Positions 1-11,639 of a stretch of 64,000 nucleotides of DNA are shown in pieces. Each line of letters starts with the position of its first letter. The stretch's first letter is position 1. This DNA comes from Blepharisma stoltei ATCC 30299 (Eukaryota; Protista; Ciliophora): contig CBFDEM010000035.1 in the NCBI GenBank assembly GCA_965603825.1, positions 186,001 to 250,000 of the forward strand, in the 5' to 3' direction. A model generated the notes under the pieces. The model was not told where the DNA came from and searched no databases. It saw only the letters and a list, made by a program, of their open reading frames with translations. A program made the translations under genes and the position numbers.

Positions 1-1284
1 CCTTTTTACAGGCTCTCTCAACATACTATTGTTATCTGAAAAGCTACTATCAAAACTCTCCTGGCTCCTTGGTCTTGCCATCTTTTTTAGTTTGATAGCT
101 TGTGAAGTAGTAGAATTAATTTTCACGGTCAATGGTTCTCCATTTCTCAAAGAAAACGCAAATCCTGAATGTCTTGCCTCATTAGCCTGAAGCCCGTATT
201 TTTCTGAATCATTAGCATTTTGTGTATCTTGGGAACCATTTCGGCTAGCACCAAATCCTGTATAATAAAACCCAGCTTTTGTGACCGAATGAAGAGGTAA
301 ATCAAATTTATCTTTTTCGTTCTGAAATCTGTCCATCATATGTACCACAAAATTTTTTAAAATTAAAAATGTCATAGGATATTTCGAGCTGACATGGAAT
401 TGCACTCCAACTGCATTATTATGTACAATTATCTGTGGTCCACGCTGGGATTCTGCTAATACAGATAAAACATTTTCTTTTAACGTCGCATTTATTGGGT
501 GGACGTCCCATTTATTTAAATTAGGAACTAAAAATTCATCAAACCCTACCCCTTTTAAAAGCCAATGCTGGACAAACTGTTTAAAAATCCTTACTTTAGT
601 TTCGGTGGATTTTCCTATATATATTTCGTCAATTTTATCTACATTTTTTGCTGAATATTTATAGGTTCTTAAAATTGCTTTGCTTACTTTTTCATTTTCT
701 TGTGCTGCTTTATTATTATGCAGCCCTGCATTTGCGACAGGGTAAAATTCGTTCCTATGCCCATCATAACAAAAAATATCCCCGGTTGAATTATCTAAAA
801 ATACATCCCCTAGGGAAAGTTTGCTTAAGCTTTCCCTTGGCAGATTGTGAATTTCATGTAAAGAGCTCCCTCTTCCTTTTCCATTGATAACTCTTCCCAC
901 ATTAAAGCTTGTCGCACACAAAAACACCAAAGTCTGCATGGCAAAAGAAGCTGCAAAAAGAATTTTTTTAGTTTTTTTGCACATTCTTATCAAAGTTAAA
1001 AACTTGCGAGTATGCTGAAGCCAAGGCAGTAAATTTGAATCTCCATCAATAAACACAAAATCAAGATGATCAAATAGCTTTTCTGCATCTTTGCTAGAAA
1101 AACCTGCATTTAGCTCATATAAATAAGTATCAATTGAGCTATGGTCGACTTCAATAAATTCAATGTCTTCGACGTTATACATCTTTTGAAAAGTAAACGC
1201 TTTTTTGACTAGGGTTTTAAAGTTGTTAAACGATCTGCGGCCTTCGCTACCTATAGAAAAGGCATCTACAATTAAAACTCTCAT
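1..1284 (-). CDS. Class I glutamine amidotransferase-fold protein with altered catalytic triad; 3' end runs off the window
   Basis: Not in the ORF track because no stop falls in the window. Manual translation from ATG 1284 is open to base 1: MRVLIVDAFS...FVFIDGDS...ILFAASFAMQ...HWLLKG..EFLV...VLAESQRGPQII..AVGVQFHVS...ILKNF, following the class I GATase motif order. Confidence 0.75.
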   Translation of the reverse strand, partial: MRVLIVDAFSIGSEGRRSFNNFKTLVKKAFTFQKMYNVEDIEFIEVDHSSIDTYLYELNAGFSSKDAEKLFDHLDFVFIDGDSNLLPWLQHTRKFLTLIRMCKKTKKILFAASFAMQTLVFLCATSFNVGRVINGKGRGSSLHEIHNLPRESLSKLSLGDVFLDNSTGDIFCYDGHRNEFYPVANAGLHNNKAAQENEKVSKAILRTYKYSAKNVDKIDEIYIGKSTETKVRIFKQFVQHWLLKGVGFDEFLVPNLNKWDVHPINATLKENVLSVLAESQRGPQIIVHNNAVGVQFHVSSKYPMTFLILKNFVVHMMDRFQNEKDKFDLPLHSVTKAGFYYTGFGASRNGSQDTQNANDSEKYGLQANEARHSGFAFSLRNGEPLTVKINSTTSQAIKLKKMARPRSQESFDSSFSDNNSMLREPVKR

Positions 1285-1297
1285 ATATTTTTTACAA

Positions 1298-2281
1298 ATG
1301 TATAGCAAATTTGGAAAAGTTTGTACAGAAAGATTCCAAATATTAAAACACAAAGAAGAAATTTTATCTGGGAAATCCCCGAAAAAATCAATAAAAACAC
1401 AACCTCCAAGGGCTCATTCCCAGCAGCTATCTCCTGAAAAGCTGCAAGAGATTTTAAGAGAAAATATTAGTATTGATTTACCTGACGAAAAACCATCTCC
1501 TAAACAAAGCTGTGCGTTTATGTCGCAGACCCGTGAAGAATTTTATAAAGCAAATGGTAGCAAAAGTCCAGCTCCGCCTTGTAATCATTATGACGCAAGA
1601 TATAAACTAGTCGATAAACAGCCGAGGAAAATTGATTTTAGTGAAAGACCAAAAACGGCCTCCCGAGTTATGAAAGAAACAAAATTAAGTGACTTTGAAA
1701 GTCCTCCAGAAAAGCCAAGAAGTAAAATAAAAGGCGCAATATCGTTAGAGAAACAGCTGCCAAGGCCGAGTATCGTTAAAATGACTAGTGATGTAAATGA
1801 AAAAAGATTTGAAGCTTATGAAGATATGCCAAACGTATGTGGAAAATATAGAAGGGTTAGCACGCCTGATATAGGGAAAGCAAGGGCTAGAGACAGTAAA
1901 TTTTTGCAAGAAGAGGTGTTTCCTACTTATAATTCATCGTATAAGCTTATATCAGATGACCTTGGAAAAGTGGCAAGTTTTGAGAAATATTCCCCGAGAA
2001 AGCCGATTTTGTTGAGCCATTTGACGAATATGCATGGGTATAAAGTCAATTATGGGATGGTGGAGAAGAGAGTAAGATCGCCTGATTTTAAAAGAACTGG
2101 ATCGAGGCCGGATAGTGCAAGTCCTCTGCCTTTGTATATGAAACAGATGAACTCAAGAGCGTCTCTTAATATTTTGAATGAGAAAATGCTAGAAATGAAT
2201 TCTGCGCTTGATTTATCAAGGATATCATTATCTGGAAGTCCGGTAAGATTAAGAACACCAAATTTGAGCATGATTTATTAA
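1298..2281 (+). CDS. Hypothetical basic Pro/Ser/Arg-rich protein
   Basis: Open frame ending TAA; first ATG at 1298 (the track's 1205 start is TTG and overlaps the opposite gene). No family recognised; true start could be later. Confidence 0.6.
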   Translation: MYSKFGKVCTERFQILKHKEEILSGKSPKKSIKTQPPRAHSQQLSPEKLQEILRENISIDLPDEKPSPKQSCAFMSQTREEFYKANGSKSPAPPCNHYDARYKLVDKQPRKIDFSERPKTASRVMKETKLSDFESPPEKPRSKIKGAISLEKQLPRPSIVKMTSDVNEKRFEAYEDMPNVCGKYRRVSTPDIGKARARDSKFLQEEVFPTYNSSYKLISDDLGKVASFEKYSPRKPILLSHLTNMHGYKVNYGMVEKRVRSPDFKRTGSRPDSASPLPLYMKQMNSRASLNILNEKMLEMNSALDLSRISLSGSPVRLRTPNLSMIY

Positions 2282-2698
2282 TTAGAAATTTACACATATA
2301 ATTTTAGTTTTATTTTGAGACTTTATTATATTTTCAAAATGCACAAATTTAGTTTCAGTTGAGATTTCTTTTGAATATATCTCTATGGTATTTTTTTAAA
2401 TATTTTGAAAATATGTTTGCGTTACAAAATTACTTTTATGTATCTTATATGCTACTTCCCTATTGGATACATTTTCTACTTCTTTAAATTTTCCGACATA
2501 ATATTGGAGAAATTTTATAAAAATTTCGAAATAACTCTATCATCAGAAATTAATTATAATTTACGATTCTATTCTGAGTACAGCAGGAAAGCTTTCAACT
2601 TCTAAATAAGGCAGCTCCTTATATTTATTTTGAAATAGCTTAATATTTTGATCATAAAAACATATTTAAATCAGACAATAGCAATCCGAACTAATAAA

Positions 2699-3499
2699 AT
2701 GAAAAGTGACGAACAGATTGCAAAAGAGCTGCAAGACGAAGATTTACGAGGTGAAGAGTTCAAGGAAGTAGCTATTCAAGACAGAACAAATGAGCTGCCT
2801 TTACATTCCCTTCAGCCAATAAGTAATGGCCCTGCTCCATTTTACGATAATCATGCTGGATTCAGTCCTATGCCTCTCCCCGCAAATAATATTCAGCAGG
2901 TGCCTGCTGTCATTATCGATCCTGTGCCCTTAAACCCCAAGTACCTAAAAGTCCTCAAATTCGCGTCGACAACTAAGTGAATTGCTATCTTGGATTGCCT
3001 GCTTTGTTTCATCTATATTTTGACAGGCCTTTTTGTGCTAATTTTATTGATTTTCCTGCCTGTTTTAGGTTATTTCGGTGGAGCAAAGCTATTGAGACCT
3101 TTGTTAGTGGCTTATATGATATATCAGATATTAGTAACAATATTGAGGATTGCGCTAATTGCAATTGCAGACAATGCGATATATACAGTTTTAACTGTTT
3201 TTATCATTATTTTCACAATCGCAATTTTTGTATTCCTTGTCAAGTTCTTCAGGCTTTTAGGAGATGTAACTCCTCAAGAGCGCTTAGAAATTTTAGAGTT
3301 GATGAAAGGGAACAGAGGAGCAAGACAGCCAGCAATGAATAATCCTCCTCAAATTGTGTATGGTATACCTGCTCAATACCCTCCTCAGCAATACCAACCT
3401 CAGCAATATCAACCCCAGCAATACCAAGCTCAACAGTATCAACCCCAGCAGCCAGCACAGCCTTATTTTCCAGGCACTGGATACAAATTAGATAACTAA
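2699..3499 (+). CDS. Four-TM membrane protein with Gln/Pro/Tyr-rich tail
   Basis: Track ORFs 2648-2980 and 2990-3499 share a frame and join through TGA 2978-2980 (TTK-W-IAILDC); hydrophobic segments; ends TAA. Confidence 0.7.
3383..3451 (+). repeat. Coding tandem repeat, about 4.5 x 15 nt, encoding PQQYQ
   Basis: CCTCAGCAATACCAA CCTCAGCAATATCAA CCCCAGCAATACCAA GCTCAACAGTATCAA CCCCAGCAG. Confidence 0.85.
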
Positions 3500-3583
3500 G
3501 CACTGATGTTTTTTAGCACTTTATTACTTTAACTTAGTTTCCTAAATATAAAGGCACCAATAGACTTAATTAGCTAGAGTTAA

Positions 3584-4792
<1,209 letters not shown>

Positions 4793-4933
4793 TTAAGATC
4801 AACTTATAAAATTATTTAAAGCTAATCTATTACTAATATATTTTAGTACTTATTTTAATATAGATAATTTTTTAATTGTAAAATTTTATTGAAAAATCTA
4901 TTTATTTATAAAATATTAAATTAACGGATAGTA

Positions 4934-6244
4934 ATGATGGTATTCTTGATACAACTATTATTATGAGGATCCTTAAAAGTAAAAGGAAACTTCTTTGTTC
5001 TCACAGATTTACATTATGATATCGCTTATGAGCCAAATTACAGTTCAAAATCATATTGCCACTCTATAGCTTTATCAGAAGGTCCGGCTATCTTGGAAAA
5101 ATCCATTGATAAAGCGATTTCAGGCAGATATTACTGTGATTCTCCAATTGACCTAATAAATAAAGTTGCTTGGAAAATGAAAGAAATAGACTCGATCCCT
5201 GATTTTATTTTAATTCTTGGTGACCATTTGGCTCATCATACTATGGAGCTATTCGCTGAGAGTGGAAATTTAAATTTGGAAGAAACAAAAGAACTCGTTA
5301 AAAAGACTTATGTAGATATTGATAGCGTTTTCAAGACTGTGTTCCCTGAAAGCCAAGTCATTTATTTAATAGGGAATAATGATGGCTATGTAGATTATGA
5401 ATCGTTTATCGATGGTCAAGGAGAAGAATATTTAGAATTTTTATATAACAATTGAAAAGAACTGACAGGAGAGATCGACACAAGTTTTTATGAAGGCGGA
5501 TATTATTCAGTGTTCACAGATAATAGGCTGAAAATAATCTGCTTAAATTCAAACTACTTCAGCTATAAATTTGAAGGTTCAAAGCAAGAATCAAATAATC
5601 AGATGGCATGGTTTAAGCAGGAATTAAATGATTCAGAAGAAAATGTAATTATTGCTATGCATATCCCTCCTGGAATATCGATTTATAATAAAGCCCAGCA
5701 ACTGTGGACTGATGAGTATCTTGAGAAGTTTACAGAATTAGTGCAGGTACATAAAGAAAAAATTTTATTTATTTTTGCAGGGCATTTACATTTTAGCTCA
5801 TTTGAACTTCTCCCTGATGTTGATATCCCAATAATAATCCACAAGTCAGTTTCTCCTATTTATGGAAATAATCCTGGGTTTAGATATTATACCTATCGGG
5901 ACAATTTTTCTGATTATATAGACTACTCTTTAGAATTAAAAAATTTTAAATGAGACTCTTACAGGTTTTCACAGCTTTTTGAGATTGATTCTTTGAACAT
6001 GAAGAGCCTTTATAAGTCTTTGGTAAACGATTATGGAAAATTAAAAAATTATATTTCAAAAGCTGTAGGCTTTGACTTAGCAGATATAGAAAAATCTTGA
6101 AAAATATTGCTAGATATGGACTACACAAGTGATAAAGAATTAGGAATTGCTACTTTTTTATGTTCATTATTAGAAATTTCGTATGATAAATTCCAGATTT
6201 GCATGGAAAAAATGAATTCAAATATGATAAATAATTTAGATTAA
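4934..6244 (+). CDS. Secreted acid sphingomyelinase-like metallophosphoesterase
   Basis: Signal-like N-terminus, TDLHYD, CDSP, LGD, GNND, HIPPG, GHLH, SVSPIYGNNP (SMPDL3-like). One frame through four TGAs (4964, 5453, 5951, 6098) to TAA. Confidence 0.85.
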
Positions 6245-6279
6245 CTTAAATAAAAATGAATTGGATGAATATTTTTATA

Positions 6280-7245
6280 TTATGAGCTTAAACCCATTTT
6301 CTTTCTTAAAGAATCAATTTCTTGTTTTCTCTTAAATTCTAAAGAATTTTCAAGATCTTTCAGCTCATTTTCTCTATTCCTTTCCATTTCTTTAACAATT
6401 TGGTTTATAATTTCAGATGATCCTCCTATAGATTTTATTTCTTCTATTTGTTCTTTATACATTTTGCTGATTCTCCCACTTTCTTTGATTTTTTCAGTAA
6501 TATATTTTTCCATTATTTCTTCTAAACCTTTATCAAATATCACAGAAATATTAGGCTTAGCAAATCCTCCTGATTTATCGCTTTCTCCTTCACACGATTC
6601 TCTTTCTGGTATATCAAGCCTTGAAGCTTCTGGGCTACAAAATGAAAATGTTGATTCACAACATGAAGGAGTCTCTGGAGATATACTTCTATATCTTGTG
6701 AGTCCTCTTTTTCTGCTGATTACTCTTTGTTCTAAGTTGTCATTTTGGCTTTTTATATTTTGTTGAGCATGCTTGATACTTACATGGGACTCCTGTTCAT
6801 GCTGCTTCATCACTTTATCTGCAGCCCGGCGCTGGGCTAGCTCAGTAGGTCTATGAACTTCTGGCGCCACTTCAAAAGGAGGCTCATGAAACAGAAGTTT
6901 ACTTGTTGTCGAGACAGAGTGCCGAGAAGTAGGGACTTTCTCTGGTGACGTTGTTGTTGAGGCTGTTTTTGATGCGTGAGCTTGCAAAATTGAGTCTTGC
7001 TTCTGTATAAAACTGATCATTCGTTCCTGATAGTATTTATATTTGGCATCTCCGATTGAGTTGTAGTATTCTATGGCTTTCTGAATAGAACTTACAGAAT
7101 ATAACTCCATTAGAGACTTAAAGGCTTCAATTGACTCTTGCGTTTCGACTTGAATTTCAAGCTCCAACACTTGGTCGGCAAAGTTGGAAGGAAGCGGAAC
7201 AATAGATGGACAAAATTTTACACGTGGGCTGCCAAATTTGCTCAT
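6280..7245 (-). CDS. Hypothetical coiled-coil protein, probably with one 15-nt intron
   Basis: Long ORF ending TAA; likely ATG at 7245 after an AT-rich leader. Confidence 0.65.
   Translation of the reverse strand: MSKFGSPRVKFCPSIVPLPSNFADQVLELEIQVETQESIEAFKSLMELYSVSSIQKAIEYYNSIGDAKYKYYQERMISFIQKQDSILQAHASKTASTTTSPEKVPTSRHSVSTTSKLLFHEPPFEVAPEVHRPTELAQRRAADKVMKQHEQESHVSIKHAQQNIKSQNDNLEQRVISRKRGLTRYRSISPETPSCCESTFSFCSPEASRLDIPERESCEGESDKSGGFAKPNISVIFDKGLEEIMEKYITEKIKESGRISKMYKEQIEEIKSIGGSSEIINQIVKEMERNRENELKDLENSLEFKRKQEIDSLRKKMGLSS
7081..7095 (-). other. Putative stop-free in-frame 15-nt intron
   Basis: GTAAGTTCTATTCAG matches the consensus of the stop-containing introns (TA at 9-10); removal gives LMELYS|KAIEYY. 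Confidence 0.65.
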
Positions 7246-7557
7246 ATGAATTATTAATTGAATTTGAGAAAAAACCATGTTGCATCATTAGAGAATTAAA
7301 AATTAAATTTACCGGCTATTACAAATTTGAATTTCTGCAGAAAAGCAGATCCTAGTTTTAAGCTTTATTTATAAGATTGGTTAGTTATTAAATTAAATCT
7401 ATTTTCATGACTTTGACCTTTAGAAAATTAGCATGCTGCAAAATATTTATACAATCAAAATATACAAATATTAATGTATTAAAATACAAGAACAAAATTT
7501 TTCCAGAGGTTCACTCTGTCTTATCACTGGAAAATAAATTATCTTTACACTCCTCAC

Positions 7558-9729
7558 TTACCCAACCTTCTCGTCAATATCAAAAAACGAAATTTCTTCT
7601 CGATTAGATGATCCTCTTGCGCTTGTCTTATCAGATCTAAATCTAAACAGATTATCAGTATTTACATACGATAGCCTGCTTCTTCCACTTAAATCAGAAA
7701 ATTTTCTCGGACTGAATTCTTCATCACTGGATTCGCTTGATGAATTTCCAATCACATTTAAATAGGTTTTTCTTGCGAAATTGCTGCTGTTGTCAACTTT
7801 AATTGACTTTATTTGCTCTTCGCGGACAGCATCAAGAAAATTTCGCATTTTCTGCACCAAGGCTGAATTTTCTTTAAAAGAATCTTCAAGGTGCTTTACT
7901 GATCCAATTGGACTTTTTGCGAAGTATTTTTCAGGCCGTTTATGGCTTTTTCTTCTTTTAAGCCTCGTTATAATTTCACTTTGGATTTTTTTGCCATATT
8001 CTCTTTCTTTAAGCCATTTCTCTTTGCTTTGCTCGTCACCTTTTTTTATCAAAACTTTATAGCAATGAGCTGCAGCATGCCCTGTGACTCCACATAGATA
8101 GCATTTTATACCTAAAATTGAGTACCTATTAGGGGTATCTCTTTGACAGTAATTATAAAGCATCGCAGTTCTCTGTTGTGCTTCGGGTTTTGTTTTTAAG
8201 ATTTCATTTAAATCGTTTCTGTCACATACAATAAACTCGCAAAATGCTATACATCGTATACTAGCGGTCCTCGGATGCATAGCAAAAAATCCAATTTCTC
8301 CAAAATAAGAGTCCTCATTGAGTTCTTTAAAAATAGTCAAAGTTCGCTTATGGTAAATTTCAACTATTCCTACACTAATGAAATAGAGTGTGTGGCTTTT
8401 TTCGCCTTCCTCGAATATAACGTCATCTGGTGCGTATCGTTCTATTCTTATTTTTTTGCTGATTTCATTAATCAACTTTGTCCCATAAAGTTGCTGGAAA
8501 ATTGAACAGTGTTTAAACACTTTTCCTCTTGTAATCCCAGCAATTTCTTCTCTGAGAGGTGTTGATAATAAATCAAAAACTTTCAGCTCGTCAATGTGAG
8601 TTATCTGAGGGTTGTGCTGAAGATAATCAAAATACGTCCTAAGCTTGAATTTTAGTTCTTTAGGAAGCCTTTTTTTATTCATGTAGTTATTTAAGTTTGC
8701 CATTTTTCTGCTAAAATCGATTCTCAAAACTGTCTGAGCAACGACTCAGTCACTTATGTTCCCAATAATATACGACACAATAATAACAGCAATTCCCATG
8801 TTTAAAATATCAAAAATCATAGCGTCTCTTGAGTAAGCAGCGTAATCTCCATACCCAAGCGTAGAAGTAGTTGCAACTGCAAAATAAAACGCTCGAATAT
8901 AGAGATCTTCCATATTAAAGTCTCCATAATTGCGGAGTTTGTCATACCAAGTGACAGGATATATGAAAGAATCCAAAAAATTTATATAGTATCATAAGCA
9001 TGCCACATAGTGATTTACATAAAAAGCAATTAAAATAAGCTTAAAGAATCTGAAAATAATAGCAAATTTTTGATTAGGGATAAAATCTTCTAGTAGAGTC
9101 ATAGTGTTAGCTAGCTTGATTACTCTTACAGTCCTTATTATTTTTGTGTATTCAAATATTCGATGAAGGCTAAAATACATGTGGTTAGGGTTTTCTGACC
9201 CTACTGGGTTGCAGAGCTCATATAATTCTTCAATTGGGATACTAGTTATTATATCATACAAAAATCAGGATTTTAAATATTTTTTTGCAATTTCAAGTCT
9301 AGTTTTGATTATGTGTCCTTTAGAATAGGAAGCAGTATTGAATTTGACTATGATGTCCAAAATAAATAATTCATTCAAAACAAGATCTGTAAATTTCAGG
9401 GTTTTGCTTTCTGTATCTGCTAAAAAAAGAACAATAGGAGTATATACCAACTGTATTGCTATTAAAATGCTGATAAAAATATCCCAGAATAGTTTAAATT
9501 TGCTTTCGGGCTGGATTATAAAAGTTTTCTGTGAAAAAGCTTCGCTTTCCAGAAAGGAAATACTAATTAAATTGCTCCTAGTTATTTGTCTACTTGGAAA
9601 TCAAGCATCTGTTAGAGGTTCAATCATAGGGGATTCGTCTGAAAAGCTCTCATCCTCATAATTGCTAATAAACGATATGTCTGAATACCTTCTCTTAGAC
9701 CTTCTGCTATTGGAAATCCACGCATTCAT
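7558..9729 (-). CDS. Cyclic-nucleotide-binding-domain K+ channel (EAG/KCNH-like) with C-terminal CCHC knuckle
   Basis: Four track ORFs are one frame joined by TGAs (9601, 9265, 8992, 8746). FIIQPESKFKLFWD, KKYLKS-W-FLYD, pore TTSTLGYGD, CNBD FGEIGFF..PRTASI. Confidence 0.9.
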
Positions 9730-10188
9730 TATAATCGCTGATCTGAAATCTAAATTAATGCAATATTATTTCCACTTAAGTTGTTAAAGGATAATGAGAT
9801 CGATGATATTAATATGTCTTATTTACATTCTAAATATAATTATTTGATTGATGGAAAATAGGTCTAAAATCGAAATACTGAAATTTTAAATACTCAATAA
9901 CTATTCTCGTATAAAACATTTTTTTAAAATCCGCAATTCAGGCAGACTGTTTAAATTAGTGGCACATTTTGGATTTTTCAAAAAATCTTAATTGTAGGAA
10001 TGAGCGTATGTATGGCTGAGAACAAATGAGGATTTTCCTGGTTCTTTTCTTGCCATAATTTTCAAATTTATTTTATCATTGGCATCATTTTAATAAAAAG
10101 GGTTTTCTAATTAAAACTCAAATCTATGTAAGATTTTTTTATAAATCATTTCAATAAACAAACTCTAATCCTTATTAAGTCGTAATTT

Positions 10189-11259
10189 TTATCTTCGATA
10201 CCATGCAGGTGTCAAGTTTTGAATTACGTTAGGACTCACAGACCGCAACTCTTGTGGAGTCCAGTTAAAAAGATCTGGTAGTGGCGCTCCATCTGGAAGT
10301 CTTGTCGACTCTTGTCTCAGCTCCTCAAAGAAAGGATGCAGCAGCGCTTCTAGTGCATGTGGTCTTCTCTGTGGTGAATATACTAATACAGAACTCACAA
10401 AATCCTTGGCTTCTTGAGGCACATCAGGCCCAAAAACTCTACTCCAAGGGTGTGCTCGGACATGGGGAAACTTAAATTCTCTATAGTTTGGGTTCATATC
10501 GTGGATCTGCTCTCTTGAAGGTGTTCCAAGGACCTTCAGAATTTCAACTAATTGATCCACGCCGCTTTCTCCTGGGAATACAGGCTTTCCAATCAATAAC
10601 TCAGCTGTTACGCATCCAGCACTTCAAATATCGATTGATTCTTTATATTCAACAGCTCCAAAAATAAGCTCAGGGGCTCTATAATACCTTGAGCAAATAT
10701 AAGAAACATTTTGCTCTCCTGGAATCAGTCTTTTTGCGCTGCCAAAATCACAGAGCTTCAAAACGTGGGTTGTAGGGTTTACCAGCATGTTTTGAGGCTT
10801 CACGTCTCTATGGCAAATTCCGACTGCGTGGGTGTGGGCCAAGGCTCTCAAAATTTGGTATGAGTAGAGTTTCACAAGGATCAGAGGAACTTGTTGGCCA
10901 GTCTTAGTATATGTTTTCATTACTTTGTAAATGGTATCAGGGATGTAGTCCATTACTACATTTAAGTAGACTTCTTCTTCTTTTTCGCCCTTCGTGTAAA
11001 AGTAGTGCCTCAGTCCGATGATATTTGGATGGGTCAGTTCTTTCATTATGGCGAGCTCACGGTTTTTGTACCTTTTGTCTTGGAAGACTTTTTTAATTGC
11101 AACTGTCTCACCTGTCTCGTTCACAGATGCTTGGTAAACGACACCAAAGCTACCATTTCCGATAACTTTGGTGGCGCTGTAGGAAAAGCGGTGTTTGGAT
11201 TCTTCTTCTATTACTCTTGAATTGCCTGTCACGACTGAAACGTTATGAGGTTTTGCCAT
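10189..11259 (-). CDS. GSK3: GSK3/shaggy kinase, paralog A
   Basis: [35 protein letters not shown]; TGA 10624-10626 gives DI-W-SAGC; ends TAA. Confidence 0.95.
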
Positions 11260-11639
11260 TTCTAATAAGCTGATTATTAAGAAGGACTATTATGAGAATC
11301 TATGTTTTTTCAGGCGGAAATTATTCCATTAAATCTTATATACGTTTTTAAGGGCGGACGAGAAAAATGACAAGTTATGTGTGTACTAAATTTTGGCTTA
11401 TAAAAATAATTTTAAAAATAATACCAAGTTAAGGCATTTTATATTTAATTGATGTGGCGTTCATTGAGAATTGGGAGAAAATTATTTATATTAGGTAAAA
11501 TTTAATTAAGACTAACTAGCTTTATTAGGCATATTATATTTTGAGATAACTTAAGTATATTAAGACTAAATAATCATTTTTCTTTTACATGAAATCCTAG
11601 AAGGAAGCATAAGTAAGTTTTTTTATAATTTCTGAAAAT

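Noticed and set aside
7558-9729. Apparent pseudogenes or split genes across the window
   Set aside because: Fragments share a frame and are separated only by TGA at Trp-compatible positions or by consensus tiny introns.
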